Of a DNA stretch of 44,554 bases, positions 32,724 through 43,669 are shown one piece after another (position 1 is the stretch's first letter; the number at the start of each line of letters is the position of its first letter). This DNA comes from Prasinococcaceae sp. CCMP 1430. Its lineage: Eukaryota > Plantae > Prasinodermophyta. The position numbers and the translations under genes are program-made. Location of the stretch: NCBI GenBank assembly GCA_013416795.1, contig RQSC01000018.1:277785-322338 (forward strand), given 5' to 3'. The notes under the pieces were generated by a model. That model searched no databases, was not told where the DNA came from, and saw only the letters and a list, made by a program, of their open reading frames with translations.

Positions 32724-34038
32724 TCAAGAAGGCCGGCGACGCGGCCGTGGACGCGCGTGGGCGGCCGGCGGAGTGCGCGGCGTGCCATCGCGTGGTCGTG
32801 CATCTCGACGAGGAGCTCGTTCCCGAGCTCGACGCGGCGGCCGCGCGGCAGCGCGCGGGCGGCAAGCGCGCGCATTGGGGCCTGCTCGAGGAGACCATCG
32901 AGCGTGCGGTGGAGGGCGCGTGCTCCACGACGGCAGTCCAGGCGGACCCGCGCGTGCGCGCGGCGTGCACGCGCTTCCTGGATGCGCACGAGGGCGAGGT
33001 GGTGCGAGCCTTCTATCGCTATGCGACGGACGAGCCCGCGCTGAACCTGGCGGCCGAGCTGTGCGCCGCCGAGTGCCCGTCGGAGCTCGCCGCGCTCACC
33101 GTGCAGCAAGTGGAGAGGCTCGAGCTCGACATCGCGCAGGAGGAGGCCGGCCCGTCCTCTGCGCCCCCGGGCACCCCCACGCGCGTGCTGTCGGAGGTGC
33201 CCACACCCGCCGCCGAGCAGGGCGCCCTCGCGCGTGTGGTGGCCGCCGATGTGATCAGCTTCGCAATGAAGGACGCCGAGCGCGACATCGTGTTGTACGT
33301 CGCCGCGCCAGCCGACGGCGGCGCCCCGCTCTTCGACGCGGCGCTGCGGCCCCGCCTGCAACGTGTCGCCGAAGAGCTCTCGCACCGAAGCGCGACTCTG
33401 GGATTCGGCGTGCTCGACGTTCAGCGCAATGAGCTGCCGCCGGTCATCGCTGTCATCGCCGAGGTGAGGAGCGCACGCACCCACGCCAGGGGACGCGCGC
33501 ACACGCGCACCAGAGCACTCGCGCCCAGACCATAGAGTCGCCAACACGCCTTCACGCATGCGCGCAGCGCACGCTGACACGCGTCGGCCGCCCTGTCTTG
33601 GTGCAGGGCGGGCGCGAGGGCCCGCCAACGCGCGCCTCGCTGCTGCTGCTGCGCGCGTCGCTCAAGCACAAGCCCGTCTCACTGGTTGCGGTGCCCTTCG
33701 ACGACGACGACGACACCAAGGGTGCGTGGGCTTGCGCGTGGACGAGGGCGTGAAAGCCACGCACGCGCACGCCAACGTGCACGCACACCCATTCAAAGGC
33801 ATTGACTCATGCGAGCACGCGTGTTGCGAGCTCTCTTGCTAACGCGGGGACACCTCGGACCCACGCTGCGCCCGCGCGCCCCTTCCCCATGCGTGCCCGC
33901 GCGCGCGACACAGCGCCGAGCGTGGAGCAGCTGTACGCGCTGCTCGACAAGTGGGCGAGCACCCGCGCCGACCGCGAGGCGGCCGCACTGGCGGCCGTCG
34001 AAGCTGTACGTGCGCGCGAACGAGGCGAGGAGCTGTGA
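32724..34038 (+). CDS. Putative ER protein: Canopy/saposin-like domain + thioredoxin-like fold + C-terminal GEEL; exons <32724-33463, 33607-33721, 33914-34038
   Basis: ECAACHRVV...ACSTT...AACTRFLDAHEGEVVRAFY...LAAELCAAEC (saposin-B Cys spacing). This is followed by RDIVLYV...LGFGVLDVQRNELPP (like the PDI a' domain, but with no CxxC). Two phase-compatible introns; ends RERGEEL*. Confidence 0.62.
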
Positions 34039-34072
34039 CACACAATGTGCTGTTGTTGTAATCACCTGTACT

Positions 34073-36237
34073 CTACATCGCTGCAGCCACGCGCTTGCCG
34101 TCGAGCGTGCGCCGCTTGGCCTCCTCGAGGCGATCGTGCCCGAAGCCCGCGCCGGTGGGCGTAAGATCCCTGTAGTGCGCGGCATTGTCGCCATCGCTCA
34201 CGATACGGGCGTACCACTCCGAGGAGTAGCCATCCTCATCTGTGTGCGGTACCTGGGTGTGGATGGCGGCGCGCATGTTGTCAGGTTTCGCACACCTTCA
34301 GGGGGGGCGCGCACGCACGCACGTGCGCATGCGCCTGGACTCACGTATCGCGACGTGCAGCCCTTGGTCTCGCCGGGGCCGCACTGTGGCACATCTGCCT
34401 CGCTGAAGCTGAAGCCGTCGCGGGTGGAACTGAACAGCTCGTAGAAGAGCTACGGGCGGATGCGAGTGCGAAGGAAGTCAGCGGGCGCGGGCATATGCGC
34501 ACGCGCGAACGAGCGCGCGCGAGCGCTCCGGAGCGCGCGAGCACGTGCGCAACCTTGAAGCGTCGGAGCGGGGGCGCGCGCGCGTACTTTCGTCCAGCGG
34601 TCGAAAGCATCCGCCCCTGCCTTGTCCATGAAAGCGGTCACGTGTTCCACGGCCGCATCGAAAGCACCGTCTTCCCACATCGCCACCGCCTCCTCGTCGG
34701 TCTTGTCCGCGCGCGCGAGCAGCTCCGCCTGGAATCCGACGCACGCCTTGGCGATGCGAGCGTACGCCTGGGCGCCGCGCGCACCATACGAAAAGCTTGC
34801 CACGAGGTTCCACACCCAGAACGCGGAATCCATGGACATGTGGAAGGCGTCCGCGATGGGTGCGGGCGTGGCGGCGGCCGCGGGATCCTGCCCCACGGCG
34901 TCGCGGAAGTTGTACGGCACGCGCGTGGCGCCGCCGTACACGGGCACGCGCAGCGCGGAGGCCGAGTCGTCGGGCGCCCACCACAGCAGCGCCCGCAACG
35001 GCGGCGGCAAGGAGGGGCGCACGACGGCGAGAAAGTTCCACGCCGTCTGCTGCACGCCCACCGGGCGCTCGTTGACGTAGGCAGAGCCGCCGCTCTCCCA
35101 CGAAAGCGGCCGGCGGCGGTACGCGGCGTTGCCCGGCCCGGCGCCCACGTCGGCGCGCCGCTCGCCACCCATGTCGAACCACGTGCCCTCAAAGCGCGTG
35201 CGCATGAGCGCCATGGCGTCCTCGACGCCCAGCGGTTCGTCTGGGTACACGAAGAGCGGGATGCGCGCCCCGGTGATGTTGGCGCCCCTCGCGTACTGCT
35301 CATACTCCGCCATCTCGGCGGGCACGAGCCGCCGGTAGATGTCCCACACGCGCGCGTCGCCGTGGCGCACGCCGCCAAACGTCAGGGGGTCGTACACGGC
35401 GCTGAAGTCGAAGTCCTCTGCGGGGGCTGTCGCCGGGTAGAGCCCCTGCGCCACCGCGAAGTCGACGACGTCCGCCGCGTACAGGCAGGCGAGCTCTTCG
35501 CGCTCTGCGCCTCTCATCGCCCGCGCCTGCGCGAGCGTCGCGCACGGCGGCGCGCCGTCGGCCCTCGCGGCGAGGAAGGTGCGAGTGCGCGCTTGGTTGG
35601 CGTGCGCGAGCACCGCACGCTCGGGCACGCGCACGGCCACCCACACGGCGCCCCTCTGCTTCCCCTTTCCGATGAGCTCGAGCAGCCAGGCGTTGCCGTC
35701 GGGCCCGACGATGGTGAACGACTCGCCGCCCGAGGCGTAGCCGTGCTCGCTCACGAGCGCGTCCATTGTCTCGATGGCCTCGAGCGCGGTCTGCGCGCGC
35801 TGGAGCGTGATCCAGATGAGCGAGCCGTAGTCGATGACGTGGCCGTGGCCGTAGCCCGCGAGCTGCTCCAGGCCGCCGAACGTCGTCTCGCCGATGACGA
35901 GGCCTGCCTCGTTGGCGTTGCCCGACACGGCGAGCGTCGCCGCCGCCTCGGGAATGGTACCGAGGTACGTGCTCGAGTCCCAGTCCCACACGTCGCGCGT
36001 GGCGCCCGGCGGGTTGCCACTTGTCGCCGGGTAGTGCCCGAGCGAGCCGTAGAGCGCGCCCTCGTCGGCGTTGTACGCGTACAAGGTCGCGTTGGCCGCG
36101 GACGCGCCGCGGCCCACCACGAGGTTGGTGCACGCTCGCGCGCCGCGCGCCGCGGCCGCGGCAGGCGCGCTCGGGCGCGCGTGTGGCGCCAGCCGGGCCG
36201 CGCGCCGCGACGGACCGCCTTTGGGTTCAAAGCGCAC
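34073..36237 (-). CDS. Peptidase C69 (dipeptidase/secernin-like Ntn hydrolase); exons ~36237-34588, 34449-34345, 34252-34073; start codon unresolved
   Basis: CTNLVVGRGASAANATLYAYNAD (N-terminal nucleophile Cys), NANEAGLVIGETTFGG, IDYGSLIWITLQRAQTA.EAI, GY.SGGESFTI, WLLELIGKG, WVAVRVP, AHANQAR, Y.NERPVGVQQTAW, SAFWVWNLV, GY.SEWYARIV. Confidence 0.85.
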
Positions 36238-36935
36238 TGTTTACGGTTACACCTACAGTAGGGTTAACTAATTCCTTCGCGCCGCAGTCTCCCGTGGCTA
36301 TCTCATACCTCCATTCGAATGAAAACCAAATGTCATTCCCTCCGCCAATTCGGGCCATGGAGTGAATGACTGAATGTCTGAATGACTGAATGGGCGACGG
36401 CGATGCAAAACAAAAACGCAAAAAAAAAAACGCCGCCGAATGCGGATCGGCGCGAGGCTGAGCGCTTTTTTTTTCCTCTCTCGGCCGGGGGGGGGGCGCG
36501 GAAAGTCCATCCGTACGGAGCCGGGGGCCGCGCGCGCGCGCGCGCGCGCGCGGCCCCCGCCGAAACGTCTCTCTTTCGGCGGGAAGGGGGCGGCGGGAAA
36601 ACGCCGCGAATTCCGCCCCCGTCGCGCGCGGCGCGGCGGGTCAAAAGAGGGTCCATACATCTATTGAGTAATTTAATGTATTTTATGCGGTGGTGTTTGG
36701 GTTTTTGTTTACCCCAAACGTGGGGGTTGCCCAATTCGGCGGTGTGGACGCCTGAATTGCTGTCTTTCGGGGATATCGACGTCGGTCGCGTGTGGCTCGC
36801 GCGCGCGCGCGCGCGGGCGTAGATAGGGCGAGGGGTGCGGGGGGGCGCGAGGCACACGGCGCGGCGGCCGGGGAGGTGTGGGCGCGGGCGACGCGCGAGG
36901 GGGTCGCGGGCGGCGAGGCGGGCCGGCGCTGAGGC
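36238..36935. promoter_or_regulatory. Divergent promoter region (C69 peptidase / SDR) with AT-rich islands, TAGGGTT, A-tracts and GCGGGAAA
   Basis: Head-to-head genes. AT-rich blocks at 36240-36430 and 36650-36730. Confidence 0.45.
36364..36392. repeat. 8-bp tandem repeat (GAATGACT)x3.6
   Basis: Direct: gaatgact gaatgtct gaatgact gaatg. Confidence 0.9.
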
Positions 36936-38119
36936 ATGAGCGAGCGGGCGGGGGCGGGGTCGAGCGAGCGGCGCCCCTGGGAGGGGGTGTGGGAGGTGGC
37001 GAAGGACGGCGAGCTGCGCACGAAGAAGCGGACGCCGCCGCCGGCGCGCCTGGAGTCCGTGGGGGGCGACACCTCCAAGTCGATGGCGGCCCTGGTCGGG
37101 GCAGCGGCGTGCGCGGCGGCCGGATGGGTGCTGGCGCACGCGGGGGGCCGATCGCCGCGTCGCGTGAAGCGCAACAACACGCTGGAAATGCCCGTGATTG
37201 CGCCATTCGAGGGGAGCACGGTGCTCGTCACGGGCTGCTCGCGGGGCATGGGGCCGGGGTGGTGCAAGGCACTGCTCGCCCGCGGCACAAACGTAATCGC
37301 CGGCTGTCGCAACCCGCGCACCGCCGCCGTGGTCAACGAGCTCGCGGCGAAGGGTGGCAAGGGTGGCGCGTGGTGCAAGGTCGTCCAGCTGGACCTGGGG
37401 TGGAGCGAGAACCGCTTGGCCAAGTTCGCTGAGGACCTGCGCACCAAGCACGGCGTGAGGCGCTTGGACCTGCTGGTGAACAACGCGGGCCTCGGCGAGG
37501 CGGACGATCCCCTCCTCAAGGCGTCCAAGGACAACCTCATGAGTTTCTTCGAGGTCAACACCGTGGGGCCCATCCTGCTCACGCAGGTGCGATGCGAGCA
37601 CATGCGCGCATTTGGACTCGGCGTGGTCGCCCATGCCCGTGCCGGCGCCCACGCCCCGTCCCCACCCAACCCCTCTCCGCGCGCGCGCGCGCCGGCACAA
37701 GCTGACAGACTTTGTTGCGCGCGCGCGGGCAGGCGCTGCTGCCGCTCATGAATGTCGAGGGCGGCCGCAAGATGGTGTGCAACCTCAACTCGGACCTTGG
37801 TAGCTGCGAAAAGGTGACGACGGATGTGCCGGTGGGCTCCGGCCAGATCACCGCGTGCTCGTACCGCGTGACCAAAGCCGGCGCCAACATGGCCACGCTC
37901 TGCCTCGCGAGGGAGCTCAACGACAACGACTTCATCTTCGTCTCGATGTCGCCGGGCCATGTGGACACAGACATGGGGCACCTGCCTGCGCCCGGCCGCC
38001 CGAAGCCCACGCTCAGCGTCAGGGACTCCGTTGGCGGCATGATCTCCGTGCTGGAGCGCCTCACCCCCGAGGACAACGGCAGCTTCCACAAGTTCAACGG
38101 CGACGTGCTGCCGTGGTGA
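36936..38119 (+). CDS. Short-chain dehydrogenase/reductase, C-factor (CsgA)-like, with N-terminal extension; exons 36936-37586 and 37733-38119
   Basis: TVLVTGCSRGMG (TGxxxGxG), QLDL, LDLLVNNAG, FEVNTVGP, SYRVTKAGANM (YxxxK), MSPGHVDTDMG, GSFHKFNGDVLPW* (typical C-factor-like end). Confidence 0.9.
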
Positions 38120-38387
38120 GCGCGCGTGGCGGCACTACCCACGGTGCTGCAGACGCAGTTGGAGAGTATGCGGGCGATACGTCTTCCGAGTCGCGCGGGA
38201 TCGTCGTCGACGGGAACCCTTCCAAGTCTGGCGCGGTCGTGCTCAGGCCGCTCGTGCGATAGTCACGCCGGCCAACCCTTGGCGTCACCTTGAATCCGTA
38301 CAATTCCTCCCCGCCCCCAACAGCAGTACCCGCCTGTGCATGCGGATGGGCCCGCACATCGCTGCTGGGGGTACCGTACCGCGACGN

Positions 38388-40572
38388 GGGCAGGCGGCCG
38401 CCGCGCGCGACGAGCTGCGCGCGGCGCGCGCTGGCACGGCGGACGCGAAGAAGCGCCTCGTATCGCTCACACGGCGCGCCGACGCGCTCGCTGTCGAGCT
38501 GCGTGCGGCAAACGCCCGCGAGCGCGCGGAGCGCGAGCGCGCGCGCCGCCTTGAGGTGCGTCGTCTGGGAGTGTGGGATTCGCGCGTCCGCCGACGCGCC
38601 ACCGGGGATGGCATGCCGCACTGCGCCTCAATGCGTCTGAGGCACTGACATCGGCTTCTCGCGCCGCCGTTCGCATGCGCGCGCGCCTCTCCTGCATCCC
38701 ACTCCGCCCCCCATGACCCCTCGCGCGCGCGCGTGCTTTCACATGCACCCACAGGCCGCGCTCGAGGCCAACGTGCCCCCCGAGGCGCTCGCCAGGCAGA
38801 ACGCGCGCCTTCGCAACAAGATGCGCGCGGCGGACGAGCGCGCCGAGCAGGCCCACGCGGCCGAGCGCGCGGCGGTCGCGCGCGCCGAGCTTGCACGCAA
38901 GGAGGGCGCGGCGCTGCAGGGCGCGCTGGACATCGCCAGCGAGGAGCTCGCGCGCATCGGGCGCGAAGCGGCAGGGGAGACGCACGTCGAGCGCGAGGGC
39001 TTTGACGCCCGGCTGTTGCTGAGGGTCGCCGAGCACAAGCAGGAGCTGGCAGAGCTTACCATAGCGCTCGCGGAGCGCACGCGCGAGGCTGCGGCGTCGG
39101 AGGAGGGCGCCGCGGAGCTGCGAGATGTGCTGTCGCGCGAGCGCGCGGAGCGCGCGGATCTGGGCAAGCAGCTGGAGGCCGCGCGAGCCGAGGCCGACGA
39201 GCTGCGGGCGCAGGCGGCGCGTGCGAGAGAGGCTGCGGCCGACGCGCGGCAGGCGGCCTCGCAGGCGCAGGCCGGCACGCAGGCGGCTGCCGCCGAGGCT
39301 GTGCGCGAGCGCGTGCGCAACGAGGAGATGGCCGCAGCGCTTGAGGAGGCGCGCAGGGTCCACCGGTCGGACGTGGCGGTGCTGCGCGCGGCAGCGGCGG
39401 AACAGCAGGCGTCGGCAGCGCGCGCAGCCGACGCGCACGCCGCTGAGCTGCATGGTGTCCAGGCACAGCTGGGGAAAGCGGCGGAAGAGCACGAGAGGAA
39501 GCGGCGTGAGCTGAAGGCGGGCTTGGATGCGCGCGTGGCTGCCCTCGATCGCGAGTGCGCATCGCTGCGTGCGGCGGCCGAGGACGCGCGCCGCGCTGAA
39601 GAGGATTCGGCCGGCGCGCTGCGGTCCGCTGAGCGGCGCGTGGCAGAGCGCGCGGCGGATGCGGACGCCGCCAAAGCGGCCTGCGCTCAGAGCGAACGCG
39701 TGGCGGAACTCGCTGAGCGCGGCCGCGACAACCTCGCGCGGCAGGTGTCCGCGCTCGAGGCGGCGGCGCGCCTGGCTGCTGAGGAGCGCACCGTCTCGGA
39801 GGGGGCGCTGCGTGTGCGCCTGGAGGACGCCCTTCGCGCCCTGGCCGAGCGCACGTCTGAGCGGGATCGCGCCAAGGAAGCAGCGCAGGCAGCGGCGTCG
39901 GCGGCAGCGGAGGCGGAGGCACGCGCCGATGGGCTCGGCGCTTCGGCGGAGGCGCTTCGCGCGGATATCGCGGAGCTGCGCGCAGGGCGCGGACTCGTCG
40001 CGCGCACGATCGCCGAGGAGGTGCGCGCGATCAACACAGCGCTTGCGGCGTGCGACGACGTGGGCGCCTCGCAGGCGCCCTCCGCCGCTGCGGACAGCGG
40101 GCGGTCGGGTGCGCCCGCGGCGCTCTGCGCGCACGCGGAGCCCGCCGCCTCGGCGTCGACAAGCACCACGAAGCGTGTGCACGCCCCCTGGAGGCAGCAA
40201 CCTGCGGCGTTCTCCGATGACTTCGGGCGAGCGCATGCGCGGGATGCGGACGTGGTCGGGGTGGGGCTTGCAAGCGCTAGCAGCACCGGGGCTTTGGACG
40301 CGACCCACGACTCCGGGGGCGCTCGCGTGCCCGGGCAGTACGATGGCAGGCGCACATTCGCGAGCGGGCACGCGCCCGCGCCCGCGCGCGCCGAAGACGA
40401 CGCGGACTCCGCTAGTGTGTTGAGCAGCGCTGCGACGCCGGTATACCGTCCGCGCGCGCGCAAGCCCTCCTTCGCGCCCGCGAGCGGACTGAGCGCCGCA
40501 AGCTTGGGGGCGAGCTCCGACGCGGGCTTCCACGCGGTGTACGCGGAGGCGGGCGCAGAGGGTGCCCAGTAG
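38388..40572 (+). CDS. Long Ala/Glu/Arg-rich coiled-coil protein; exons <38388-38555 and 38755-40572; 5' end at single n 38387
   Basis: About 450 aa of heptad-like helix (ARNEEMAAALEEARR, LKAGLDARVAALDRE) followed by a low-complexity tail. The phase-0 GT-AG intron is 38556-38754. Confidence 0.65.
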
Positions 40573-40800
40573 CCAGCACAGAGCGGGCAATCGCCTCGGG
40601 CCGAGTCGGGCGGAGGCGCGTGACCTGGGCGCGTCGGCTGAGCTGCACGACCAGCGACGAGCGCGCGCGCGCCCGCCGGTGTCGGCTCCGCAAGGTGCCG
40701 CACGCGGCGCTTTTGCATGCCCGCGCGCTGTGGGAAGGGAGGCGGGCCTTGATCCCATCATAAATATTTAGATTGAGATCACAGATCCCTACTGGGGGCT

Positions 40801-40828
40801 TGGGTGGGTGGGTGGGTGGGTGGGTGGG
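40801..40828 (+). repeat. (TGGG)x7 potential G-quadruplex between convergent stop codons
   Basis: Direct: seven G3 runs with 1-nt T loops. Confidence 0.85.
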
Positions 40829-41051
40829 CGGGGGAGACGGCAAGATGGAGGGGCTCCTGCTGGTGCTCCGTGAATTTGCGACCGTTCAATTGTCTCTTTC
40901 GATGCTCGAGGCGAAGCCCTCCGTCCGTCGGTGCTCCCCATCGACTCGGATCCATGTGCTCACGGCGTCGCGGCGCTGCCGGTACACGGTGGCGTGCGTA
41001 GCGATGTTCTCAGCGTGGCTACAGCAACGAAAGCATAGTCTCTGCGACCGC

Positions 41052-42723
41052 CTACGTCACCTGGCGCACGATGTTGCTGAAGTCGTCGCCAACGAAGAGC
41101 GTCAAGTCGCGCTCCTCGCCGTTCACGACGCAGTCGAGCACGACGCCGACGGCGGTAGGGTTGTCGGCGGTGACTACGTCAGGACTGCCCTCGGCGACGA
41201 ATGTCTTGTTTCCGGGCAGCCCCGCGGCCGAGGCGCCCTCGTTGGAGAAGTCATCCGCGCCCACACCAAAGACTGTGCGCACGAAGCCGTTGCCGAGCTC
41301 AACTGAACGGTACGCGTTGTTGCCGTAGTCGGCGACGTACACGAAGTCGCCGTCGGTGGCGATGTTGCGGGGGCGGTAGAAGCGCGCAGTCGCGCCTGGG
41401 CCGTCGATGTGCGTCGCCTTGGCTGTGCCGTCTTGCGGCCACTGCTGCCCAGCGAGGGGCGTCTTGGTGCCGTCCTCGGTGGAAATCAGGTAGATCTCGT
41501 TGCGTCCATCGTCGCTGACCACGAGCGTCGAGCCGTCCGGCGTGATGTCCAGGCCGCGCGGCTTGCCGAGGATGCTGTTGTCCGGTCCGCCGATGAGGGT
41601 GGTCACGTTCCCGGTCTGCACGTCGATCGCGGCGATGCGCTTGTTGTTCTCGTCGGCCACGTAGACAGTCTGGCCGTCGCTGCTGACGGCGATGCCGCGC
41701 GGCTTGTCGAACTGCGCCGTGGTGTTGGTGCCATTCTCCGCCTTGGCAGCGGCCGTGATGCACGGCCCCGCCAGCGTCGACACGCAAATGTTGCTGCCGT
41801 CGGTGGCGTCGATGGCGCGCACGCAGTTGCTCGCCGTGTCGGCGACGTACACGAGACCGGCGCCATTGGAGGTCACCGCGTGGGGCGCATTGAAGAGCGT
41901 GCCTTCCCCGCAGCCGTCCTGATACCCGGCGGTGCCGGCGGGCGAGCCCGCGAGCGTGTAGACGGAGTACGGGTCCAAGGGGTTCATCACCCTGATGTTG
42001 TGGTTGTTCTGATCGGCGATGAGCATGCCGCGACCGCACGAGTTGTCGACAAAGGGCGCGTTGCCCATGCCGCGCACGTTCGAGAAGCGCGCGTCGGTGC
42101 CCACGCCCGCGTCGTCCTTGCCTTCCTCGTAGAGGGCGCCTGCGACAGTCTCCACCGTGGTGAAACGCTCGTCGTAGATGATGACCTGCTCCGAGTCGTC
42201 GCCGGAACCAGAGGAGCCGCCGTCGGCGTCACCAGAGCCGTCGTCGTTATGCGGGGCGGGCGCCTCGCCTGAGCTGCCAGCGTCGTCGCCGGAGCTGTCC
42301 GAGTCGTCGCTGCCGTCGCCAGAGCCGTCGCCGGAGCCGTCGCCGCTGCCGTCGCCGGAGTCATCTGCCTCGATGACGCCGGCCTCGATGCACGCGGCCA
42401 AGAGCGCGTCCTGCGCCCCGTCGGGGGCGGCGGCCGCGGCGCCCTGCACGCAGGCGCAGACGTCTTGGCAGCAGTCGTCGCTCGTGAAACACTGCGCGTC
42501 GCAGAAGCACGGCAGCGAGGTGCCGTCGAGGCCGAACGGGCCGACGCCCTGGTAGCACGAGTCGGGCGCGCTGTCCGTCGTGTCGAGGCACTTGCCCGGC
42601 GTCTCGAGGGGCAGCAGCTGAGCGGCGGCGCCCGGCGCTCCGAGGAGCGCCGCCGCCCCCGCCACCAGCGCGGCGGCGGCCGCATGCCGCGCGCAGGGAG
42701 GGCGCGCTCCGCGAGGTGGCCAT
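41052..42723 (-). CDS. Secreted protein: signal peptide + somatomedin-B-like domain + Gly/Ser/Asp linker + NHL-repeat beta-propeller; nearest ATG (42723) is out of frame
   Basis: AAAAALVAGAAALLGAPGAAA|QLLP signal; CFCDAQCFTSDDCCQD (SMB core). About 6 NHL repeats: ARFSNVRGM..LIADQNNHNIRV, LFNAPHAV..VYVADTASNCVRAI, QFDKPRGIAV..VYVADENNKRI, GKPRGLDI..VVSDDGRNEI, ARFYRPRNIA..VYVADYGNNAYR, NPTAVGV..LFVGDDFSNIVRQV. Confidence 0.8.
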
Positions 42724-43223
42724 AGCGGCCGGCGCCTCCGCGCGAGTCGGCGACGCGCAAAGGACGGAGCGCCGCGCGCGCGCGTCACACGGCCACAGGG
42801 AAAGGCCCCACCGGCGGTCTCTCACTCTCAGCCGGGCGCCAACCGTCGGCTGCGCGACACCTTCTGCCTCGCGCGTGCGCTGTGGCCCCTCACTGGCCGC
42901 CTCCACGCCGCGCTCCCTCCCCGGTAACGCCTCTCCCCCCCTCCCCACCCCACCCCTCCCGCCGCGCAGCCGATCGGTGCGCGCGCCGCAAAATCCGCAG
43001 CATCAATTTCTGTAATACGTTCAATTAGCCTCCTGTGAGCGAAACTTCCTTCGCACTTTGGGATCTTAGAAAACGAGAACCACAAATTGACGGGTTGGAA
43101 TTCGGAGCTGGTGCGGCGCGCGGCGCGAACGCGCCTCGTGCGGCGGGTGTGCGAGCCGCCGCCGCGCGAGCGGGCCTCAGCGCGCGCGCGCGCGCTGGCA
43201 ACTTTGACGAGGGCCACACACGC

Positions 43224-43277
<54 letters not shown>

Positions 43278-43669
43278 GCACACACACACACACACACACA
43301 TGCACGCAAGCCCGCGCCCTCGCGTGTACGACGAGGTCAGCCTCGCCCGAGTGCGCGTGGTCCTTCGCGAGCGCTTCTGGCATGCGCCCACGCGGCGTTT
43401 GACCCGGGCGGGAGGGCGGCGGTGCACGCCGCCCCATAGGCGCCCGGCTCGCTGTTGTGCGGGCGTTCGATCCGGCCGAGGCCTCCGAGCCGGCGGGGCG
43501 TTTGACAGCGGGCGGCGCGCCCTCGCGCCTCCCCATGGCTTTGACTGGGGCCTGTTGGCACGCGGACCAGCGAGGCAGCGACACCCCCCCGCTGCTGCTC
43601 CGCGGCGCGCCAACTGGCACGAGGCGCGCGCCACACACACACCACACGACGCGTGTGCTGCATGCATGG

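Noticed and set aside
17115-38387. Calling the genes broken at single n (17115, 26933, 38387) pseudogenes
   Set aside because: All three single-n sites fall exactly where a gene is cut off, so they are probably collapsed scaffold gaps. No internal stops or decay were seen in the visible exons.
38755-40572. Assigning the coiled-coil protein to a named family (rootletin, myosin tail, SMC)
   Set aside because: Only generic heptad composition is present, with no diagnostic head or motif.
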